A stretch of 64,000 bases of DNA, from contig JBAZTA010000004.1 of assembly GCA_041662125.1 (NCBI GenBank), forward strand, positions 128,343 through 192,342, written 5' to 3'. The notes beneath the pieces were generated by a model, which saw nothing but the letters and a program-made list of their open reading frames with translations, searched no databases and was not told where the DNA came from. The stretch comes from Candidatus Omnitrophota bacterium. GTDB taxonomy: Bacteria; Omnitrophota; Gorgyraeia; Gygaellales; Profunditerraquicolaceae. This document shows, piece by piece, positions 57,797 to 64,000 of the stretch. The position numbers were made by a program, and so were the translations under genes. The first letter of the stretch is position 1, and each line of letters begins with the position of its first letter.

Positions 57797-58535
57797 AGGG
57801 CAGGCAACAACAGAACTGGCGGTTGCCGGCGTCATCATTATTATGATGCTGGGGTATTTGATGCAGCAGGGGTTTGTGTATAACAGCCGCCAGGCGCTTG
57901 AGATGTATACGTTCCGCCGCGCCCTGCAGTTAACTAAGAGTTCGGAACGGGGAGTAAACCTTACCGTAACCCGCGACCTGATCGTCCCTTCGTTTTTCTC
58001 AAGCATTGGCCGCCAGCGTATTCAAGCCGCCAGTTCCGTGGAAATAAACCCCTGGATCATCTGGATGGCAAAAGAAGATGAGCCGCAGGATATCGGCACC
58101 TACCAGGTCCTTCAACTCGATGAAAAAATGATCAGGGATAACCAGTATGTATTGATCCCTCCTACATTAGCCAAAATCAAACAGGCAGATGACGAAGAAG
58201 ACCCTGAATGGATGTGGGTCCCTTCGCCGGTACGCGAAATTGACCCGCAAACAGCCCTTACCTTACCGGCTAAAACCGCGGCTTATTCTTATACAACAAA
58301 CATTAGTGAAAACAGGACTACTAAAGAGAAAGAAACTACTAAGACATTGACCAGCCAGGATATTATGCAGAGAGGGATAACGTTTCAAACTGCTGCTAAA
58401 ATGAAAGCGGATTATCTCAAAGACCCTGATATTGCTAGCGCGGAGGTGAATGGAGGGAGTATTCCGGACTCTGCGATTATTACGATCGATGAAACAGTGA
58501 CAAAAACAAAGAACGTAAGGACACCGTATGATTAA
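57759..58535 (+). CDS. TadE/TadG-like pseudopilin (258 aa)
   Basis: KRIKGQATTELAVAGVIIIMMLGY N-terminus followed by a large soluble domain. Confidence 0.65.
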   Translation: MDLKQHIQKKRIKGQATTELAVAGVIIIMMLGYLMQQGFVYNSRQALEMYTFRRALQLTKSSERGVNLTVTRDLIVPSFFSSIGRQRIQAASSVEINPWIIWMAKEDEPQDIGTYQVLQLDEKMIRDNQYVLIPPTLAKIKQADDEEDPEWMWVPSPVREIDPQTALTLPAKTAAYSYTTNISENRTTKEKETTKTLTSQDIMQRGITFQTAAKMKADYLKDPDIASAEVNGGSIPDSAIITIDETVTKTKNVRTPYD

Positions 58536-58547
58536 TAAATTAAAGGA

Positions 58548-60077
58548 GTGTCTATGAACCGCAAGAATAAATCACAGGTGATATTAGAATTTGTGCTGGT
58601 GATTGTAACGCTGGCAATTCTTGCGGTTGCCTCAATGCGTCTTTTTTCAAACTTTAATCTTAATATGATTAATCGTATCGATAAATTCAAGGAAAGCCGG
58701 GTTATCGCGGTCAATACCCCCGGCGCAGCCCCTATTTCTCCGGTTGCTTTCCTTGATTACTCTCCGTATAGAGATATTACTGTGCCCGGAGCGGGGACGA
58801 TCCTTCCACCTTTTATCCCGGGAGAATATGATGATGCGCGCTTTGATGAAGCTAACCGTTTGTTTGAAGAGTCAAATGACCTTATACTCGTAACCATCCC
58901 TTATTTTGCAAGCCGGGCGTATGCATCTTTAGGGGGGGCTAATAATTCTGCCGCCTATATTGAGGCTAATATAACTGAAAGCGTTATGCGCTCAGCTTTA
59001 GCCGATTGCCAAGCTATGGAATCACCCCGGCAACAGGCATATGATGACTTCTTTGAAGATATGAGTGGCGTTGACGCTGACCATGATACTTTTGTTGGAG
59101 GGATCGGTTTATTACAGCAGGTTTTGAGCAATCCTAAAATACCCGGTTTATATGACCCGAATCCGGAGAATAATCCGGCGAAATATGGGTATACTGCCGC
59201 AGACACGGCAGCTTTAGCCGCGCTTAAGGCTAAGAATATTGAAAATCGTGAACAACTTCAAGACATCATTACGAGCATTAAAAGTACTAAGTCTGCTATG
59301 GATAATTTATTGGTTACTACAACAAAACCGTATGGCCTTATACGGCCGGAAATAAATCAATCTATATCGCATCTTGATAATGCTACTACTGATGATGCGA
59401 TAGATCAATGGCAGCGTTGGCAATTCGCGATAAATACGGTTCGTCCACAATGTTTTTGTGGACCACCTCCGGGGACAAGTTGTCATGAGTGTTGTGATGG
59501 TGAATATTGTGTCGGTTGTTCGTATGACAATTGCTATCAAGAGTATGATGATCCTGATACCAAGGTTCATGAGGCCGAGATAATTTATGCTTCAGCGGCA
59601 GCGGTTGAAAGTGGGTATTTAGCGTCGTTTGTTGGGCATATTCAAAGAACAAGTAATTACAGCGATATTTGGCTCGATGCGACTTCTGCAAAAAACGCCT
59701 TAAAACGTATTATTGATTATGCCGGGGAAATCAGCGTTGTGCCTGCGGAAATGGAAAATAATTTGCGTAATAAAGTTGATGAATTAGACGGTTTTGTTAC
59801 CAGTGCTCCTTCCAGGAATGATATTATCCGCGCGGTTACTGCTTGCGATGATATGCTTGTTATTATAAAGCAAGTTGAGATAGAAGATGCAAAAATAATA
59901 TATACGCCCCCGGCTAAAGCCCCGGACTATACCTATTTAAAGAACCTTATCACTCAAATTAAAACCGCGCTTTCCAGTGCCCTGATCAATTGGGAAGATG
60001 CTTCATCGCGCGATACGTATATTGCCAGCGCGCGGAAAAAGATAGATCGTTTGGTAGAGATAATAGCATTACGGTAA
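58548..60077 (+). CDS. Large TadE/G-like pseudopilin (509 aa) with Cys-rich motif; candidate tip adhesin
   Basis: Pilin-like N-terminus NKSQVILEFVLVIVTLAILAVA; central FCGPPPGTSCHECCDGEYCVGCSYDNCY (8 Cys in 28 aa). Confidence 0.6.
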   Translation: MSMNRKNKSQVILEFVLVIVTLAILAVASMRLFSNFNLNMINRIDKFKESRVIAVNTPGAAPISPVAFLDYSPYRDITVPGAGTILPPFIPGEYDDARFDEANRLFEESNDLILVTIPYFASRAYASLGGANNSAAYIEANITESVMRSALADCQAMESPRQQAYDDFFEDMSGVDADHDTFVGGIGLLQQVLSNPKIPGLYDPNPENNPAKYGYTAADTAALAALKAKNIENREQLQDIITSIKSTKSAMDNLLVTTTKPYGLIRPEINQSISHLDNATTDDAIDQWQRWQFAINTVRPQCFCGPPPGTSCHECCDGEYCVGCSYDNCYQEYDDPDTKVHEAEIIYASAAAVESGYLASFVGHIQRTSNYSDIWLDATSAKNALKRIIDYAGEISVVPAEMENNLRNKVDELDGFVTSAPSRNDIIRAVTACDDMLVIIKQVEIEDAKIIYTPPAKAPDYTYLKNLITQIKTALSSALINWEDASSRDTYIASARKKIDRLVEIIALR

Positions 60078-60090
60078 AGGGGAAAAAAGT

Positions 60091-61146
60091 ATGATGCGAT
60101 TTTTGAGGAAGGAAAATGGCCAGGTGTTCCCCTTTATGATCATCATCGTGGTTATCATTATACTGGCCATTGTTGCGACCATGCTCCTGGGAGAAGTGGG
60201 GTTTAATCGTATCCGTTTAAGCAATGTTATTGATTCGGCTGTCCTTTCTCCGACATCAGGGTTTTGCCGCTCGCTTAATCAGATAGTCAAGATCAGTTTC
60301 GGCGATGGAGGGTTACTTCAGAAATATATCGCCCTGCAGGTTTTTTTCCTGAAGCCTTTTAAGCCGGCAATTTGCCCTTGCGACGGGATTCCCTATCCGT
60401 TTACCTGGCAGTTCATTTGGAGTCCGTTTATTATGCCTTTTTACATACAAACTTTAATTGAGATCTTTCAGCTTTATGAATCAGCTGAAGATATTGCGGA
60501 AAAAGCCCCTGAAGATCTACGCAAAGGTATTCTTGACCGCGCAATGGGAGGGGCTTTGATCGATGAGGCTAAGCCTTTTAGATCGAGCGAAGTGACCCGT
60601 GATTCTAACGGCAAGATCACTGCTTTAGATTATAATGCGTATTTGGATCGCGATTCTCATTTTGATGAAGTATACCGTACACAGAAATCAAGCCTCTGGT
60701 CGGGGGATCGTGCGACCTATGCCTGGAATAAAAAATACTGGAAGAATAAATCAGCGGGCACATTCTATAAACCCGGGGTTTTAGAGACGAGCTGTGGGTC
60801 GTGCAGCGATAGCGACTACGGCAGTTATTTAGATGTTAATTTCGTTAATGTTCCTCGCAACGTATCAATTAGCGCGCAGTTCATGCCGTTGTTTTATCTT
60901 TGGCAAAAAGTTATCCCCGGATATCCGAAATGTTATTGTATTGTTTTACCCGGGTTTGCTTTTGATCCCTATGCCTGGATCAGTAACATAAATATCGATA
61001 GCAAATCGTATGGCCTTAACGTGCGTAAGAAACTTGATTATCAGGATTTGACTTTTTTTGGCAGGCAGCCGATTATTACCCACAAGAACCAGGTAAGAAT
61101 TCACGGCTCGGTACAAACAGGGTATGATTTTGGATTGGAGAGTTAA
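60091..61146 (+). CDS. TadG-like pilus assembly protein/pseudopilin (351 aa)
   Basis: KENGQVFPFMIIIVVIIILAIVATMLL Tad_N-like N-terminus; Cys pairs in the C-terminal domain. Confidence 0.6.
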   Translation: MMRFLRKENGQVFPFMIIIVVIIILAIVATMLLGEVGFNRIRLSNVIDSAVLSPTSGFCRSLNQIVKISFGDGGLLQKYIALQVFFLKPFKPAICPCDGIPYPFTWQFIWSPFIMPFYIQTLIEIFQLYESAEDIAEKAPEDLRKGILDRAMGGALIDEAKPFRSSEVTRDSNGKITALDYNAYLDRDSHFDEVYRTQKSSLWSGDRATYAWNKKYWKNKSAGTFYKPGVLETSCGSCSDSDYGSYLDVNFVNVPRNVSISAQFMPLFYLWQKVIPGYPKCYCIVLPGFAFDPYAWISNINIDSKSYGLNVRKKLDYQDLTFFGRQPIITHKNQVRIHGSVQTGYDFGLES

Positions 61147-61149
61147 GAT

Positions 61150-61938
61150 ATGGGAAGGTTTTTGGCAGTAACCATAGTAATGTTTTTTTTCTTGGCGCGC
61201 CACGCTTGCGCGGAAAACCGTGAACTGCGTAATATCCCTTTACCGGACAACTCTGAGGTTGTCGCGCTGGATACGCCGTTCCAGCTTAATGACCGTCAGG
61301 GAAATTTGAGCCGGCTGCGTTCATTTAAAAAACCGCAGGAAATCATTGATTTTTATCAGGGCTATTTTGTAAAGAATGGGTGGGAGTTTGTTTCCTATAA
61401 AGAGGAATGGCGGACACTTTTTTTGAAGAAAGGCGATGAGAATTTGTATGTGCAGGTCAATGATCATGGGGATGCGCTGCCTGCGGATGTGTATATCGCG
61501 ATGAGCCGCCAGGACCTGGCGGTTTGCCCGCAGATGAAAGATGTTTATGCGCAGGAACAGATCGCTCCTGATGTCCTGGGGAAAGACTTTCCCGATATCA
61601 TGCGTTATCCCGGAAGCAAGCGCCGAGTCAATATGTTCCCGGATGCCAATAAAGGAATGGTGGTTTATGAGGCGCAGGCTGAGGTTGCCGAGGCAGCCGC
61701 GTTTTTTTATAATACCCTGAAGGCGCAAGGATGGGATGATAATCCGGCGTTTACTAAAGGTTTCCAGAAGCAGAAGAATCCTGATCTCAAAGATACCAAG
61801 ATCATGTTTTTTGAAAAAAATCTGGAAACGGTGATCATTAATATTTATCGCGTCTCTGAATCGAAAGGGAAGGCGCGCGTCTTAATCTCTATTTTAAAGA
61901 ATATGACCGGAGATGTTGCTATGCCGGCAATGCAGTAA
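61150..61938 (+). CDS. Secreted hypothetical protein (262 aa) within the tad locus
   Basis: Signal peptide MGRFLAVTIVMFFFLARHACA. Confidence 0.5.
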   Translation: MGRFLAVTIVMFFFLARHACAENRELRNIPLPDNSEVVALDTPFQLNDRQGNLSRLRSFKKPQEIIDFYQGYFVKNGWEFVSYKEEWRTLFLKKGDENLYVQVNDHGDALPADVYIAMSRQDLAVCPQMKDVYAQEQIAPDVLGKDFPDIMRYPGSKRRVNMFPDANKGMVVYEAQAEVAEAAAFFYNTLKAQGWDDNPAFTKGFQKQKNPDLKDTKIMFFEKNLETVIINIYRVSESKGKARVLISILKNMTGDVAMPAMQ

Positions 61939-61951
61939 GGAGGAGTAGGAA

Positions 61952-62800
61952 ATGTTTTTTCTTATTATTCTTTTAATCATCGCTTCGATCATGCTGATCA
62001 TTTTCGGGACCATGCCGACATTCTTCGATAAGATGAAGATCTGGAGTGAGAACAAAGAAAAGAATATGGAAATAGAAATGGACCGTCTTTTTTATTATGA
62101 TAAGAGCCCTAAACAGATCATGCGCCTTTATTTTATCCTGCCGCCTATTTTAGGGGCAGCGGGTTTTATCTTCACCCAGAATATGATTTTTGCCGGTATA
62201 GGGGTTTTCTTAGGTTTATTGATCCCCAATGTCGTCTTAAAATTCAGGGATTCGCTGCGCCGGATGAAATTCAACAGCCAGATACTTGACTCGATCCTGA
62301 TCCTTTCCTCTTCTTTAAAAGGAGGGTTGTCTCTTTTACAGGCATTTGAAGTTTTAGTGGATGAGATCCCGCCGCCGATGAGCCAGGAGATGGGGCTGGT
62401 CGTGCGCGAGAATAAGATGGGTGTTTCTATGGAAGAGAGCCTGAGGCGTTTAAGTAAACGAATGACGATGGATGAATTGACCCTTGTCGTTAACTCTATC
62501 CTGGTGGCCCGGGAGACCGGCGGTGACTTGACCAAAGTCTTTAGCCGCCTGACGACCACGATACGGGATAACAATAAATTGAAAGATAATGTCAGGACAT
62601 TAACGCTTCAGGGAAGGCTGCAGGGTATTATCATGTCGGTTATCCCTTTTGTGTTTATCTGGTGGGTTATTACCTTTAACCGCGAGCATTTTAATATTAT
62701 GCTTCAGAGCGATACCGGCAGAGGCCTCTTGGTGCTGGCACTTGTTTTGCAGTCCATTGGCATGGTGTTGATAAAAAGATTTAGCAGCGTAAAGATTTAG
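61952..62800 (+). CDS. tadB: Flp pilus assembly inner-membrane platform protein TadB (T2SSF domain)
   Basis: N-terminal TM helix, T2SSF domain (LLQAFEVLVDEIPPP...LTLVVNSILVARETGGDL) and C-terminal TM helices. Confidence 0.85.
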   Translation: MFFLIILLIIASIMLIIFGTMPTFFDKMKIWSENKEKNMEIEMDRLFYYDKSPKQIMRLYFILPPILGAAGFIFTQNMIFAGIGVFLGLLIPNVVLKFRDSLRRMKFNSQILDSILILSSSLKGGLSLLQAFEVLVDEIPPPMSQEMGLVVRENKMGVSMEESLRRLSKRMTMDELTLVVNSILVARETGGDLTKVFSRLTTTIRDNNKLKDNVRTLTLQGRLQGIIMSVIPFVFIWWVITFNREHFNIMLQSDTGRGLLVLALVLQSIGMVLIKRFSSVKI

Positions 62801-62808
62801 GAGCCGCA

Positions 62809-63687
62809 ATGATCGAAATGATCTATATATGTGTTATCGCAGGGATGGGCCTTATATTCTTTGGTATATTCGGGGTGCCCAGTACAACGATCAGAAGGGT
62901 CAGGCTTCCTGAGGCGGCCAATAAGGAAAAATCCATTAGAATGCACTCTTTCCTTTATTATGTTTTTCCTTTTACCAAGAAATTATTAGAGAGGCTCAGG
63001 CTTCAGGAAAAGACCAAGAATAGGGTGGATGCTGCTCACGTCAAGCTTTTAGCGGAAGAATTCTTTAATCTCAAGATCCTTTCGGCGATTTTGTTCGGAT
63101 CATTGAGTTTTTTCTTTACGAATAAATTCGAGCCGGGAATGGTTACAATTTCTGCTGCGATTGGGTTTATCATTCCGGATATATGGCTTAATAAGAAGAT
63201 CCACCAGCGTAAGAATAGTATTGTCCGGCTTTTGCCTGAAACCGTTGACCTGCTGGGCCTCTGCGTTGAGGCAGGCCTTGATTTTGCCACGGCAGTCAAA
63301 TGGATCATTGAGAAAACCGCGATGAACCCGATGGTGGAAGAGTTAGCCTTTGTTTTAGAGGAGATAAAGTGGGGTAAGCCCCGCAGCCAGGCATTAAAAG
63401 ATATGTCTAAACGGCTGAATATTATGGAAGTCAGTTCTTTTGTGCATACGCTGGTGCAGGCTGAGCGTATGGGAACTCCGGTTGCTGAGGCCTTTGCCAT
63501 ACTTTCTGAAGATGTCAGGCTGCAGCGTTTCAGGAGAGGCGAACGTATTGCTTTGCAGGCTCCGATGAAGATACTTATTCCGCTTATTTTTTGTATTCTG
63601 CCGGTTATTGCCATTATTATCGGCGGGCCTATATACTTGCAGTTTATGGATGGCGGATTACTTAACAGTGTAGGGGTAGGCAAATAA
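62809..63687 (+). CDS. tadC: Flp pilus assembly platform protein TadC (T2SSF domain)
   Basis: T2SSF domain (LPETVDLLGLCVEAGLDFATAV...FVHTLVQAERMGTPVAEAF) with flanking TM helices. Confidence 0.85.
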   Translation: MIEMIYICVIAGMGLIFFGIFGVPSTTIRRVRLPEAANKEKSIRMHSFLYYVFPFTKKLLERLRLQEKTKNRVDAAHVKLLAEEFFNLKILSAILFGSLSFFFTNKFEPGMVTISAAIGFIIPDIWLNKKIHQRKNSIVRLLPETVDLLGLCVEAGLDFATAVKWIIEKTAMNPMVEELAFVLEEIKWGKPRSQALKDMSKRLNIMEVSSFVHTLVQAERMGTPVAEAFAILSEDVRLQRFRRGERIALQAPMKILIPLIFCILPVIAIIIGGPIYLQFMDGGLLNSVGVGK

Positions 63688-63688
63688 A

Positions 63689-64000
63689 ATGAAGAAAATC
63701 GTTTATAGGATAATCAGCTTGGTCTTGGTCTTCACGCTTTGTTTCCAGCCATGCGTACAGCTGGACGCGCGCGCGGAAAAGATCGACTTGCGGGAAGAGT
63801 CCAGCGGCAGCGCGTTCGGGTATTGCGCGGCGATCTTGAGCGGTTTATTGGCCAGCATGTCTACCACCAGCAGTTTTAATGTTATCCAACTGTTTGTACG
63901 GTGTTATTTGGTTCCGACGCTGGTTAAGTATATCGTGCAGGCAATCGGGATTAAAGATTCTAAATTAGCGGCGATCGCCTGTGTGTTTATTTCTACGCTG
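63689..64000 (+). CDS. Secreted hypothetical protein, 3'-truncated by the window edge
   Basis: ATG at 63689; signal peptide MKKIVYRIISLVLVFTLCFQPCVQLDA; the ORF is open to the window end. Confidence 0.45.
   Translation, partial: MKKIVYRIISLVLVFTLCFQPCVQLDARAEKIDLREESSGSAFGYCAAILSGLLASMSTTSSFNVIQLFVRCYLVPTLVKYIVQAIGIKDSKLAAIACVFISTL

Overview
This is a low-GC bacterial chromosomal segment from an apparently uncultivated lineage, read with the standard bacterial code. The overall gene content (C5 heme pathway genes, Tad pilus, IS200-like element, giant ORF) is compatible with something like an Omnitrophota or Elusimicrobia relative, but that is speculation. Everything below comes from reading the sequence and ORF track by eye; no searches were run.

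The window contains, in order:
- 1-1064: the 3' two-thirds of gltX (glutamyl-tRNA synthetase) and a small lipoprotein gene.
- About 1.3-7.7 kb: a markedly AT-rich island of six small orphan genes (membrane or secreted proteins, a PD-(D/E)xK-like nuclease, a 2TM-TPR protein). Each gene is preceded by a copy of a conserved ~130-nt upstream module, and a separate REP-like hairpin repeat family sits in the same island.
- 7.7-8.4 kb: a truncated XRE-HTH remnant, a recurring palindrome AAGACCSGGTCTT, tRNA-Gln(CUG) and a tRNA-linked repeat.
- 8.5-12.8 kb: a secreted S8 subtilase fused to beta-propeller and Ig-like domains, a secreted hypothetical protein and a small two-CW cysteine-rich protein.
- 12.8-18.7 kb: tRNA-Leu(GAG), then a giant secreted protein gene (~1485 aa) bracketed by a transposase-less miniature copy and a full copy of the same IS200/IS605-like element.
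- 18.7-22.4 kb: a FIST-like sensor, histidine kinase and REC-GGDEF (GGDDY variant) operon on the minus strand.
- 22.5-22.8 kb: tRNA-Glu(CUC) followed by a tandem ~115-nt repeat that re-duplicates the tRNA 3' end.
- 22.8-46.6 kb: a long minus-strand operon in which hemB...hemA-hemL flank a glycan/cell-envelope cluster (ATP-grasp, Wzx flippase, three GT2 glycosyltransferases, two B12-binding radical-SAM enzymes), followed by further envelope genes (GT-C glycosyltransferase, AsnB-like, SGNH hydrolases, a TPR polytopic membrane protein).
- 46.9-64.0 kb: a large Tad/Flp pilus locus. It has a SurA/PrsA-like PPIase, CpaB, a CpaC secretin with a C-terminal TonB_C domain, a CpaE-CpaF fusion ATPase, DUF192, a 526-aa unknown protein, a consensus sigma70 promoter with a ~200-nt leader, twelve tandem pilin-like genes (eight Flp-type with long C-terminal tails including a tandem duplication, four TadE/G-like pseudopilins, one of 509 aa with a Cys-rich motif), then TadB and TadC.

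No CRISPR array and no rRNA genes were seen.
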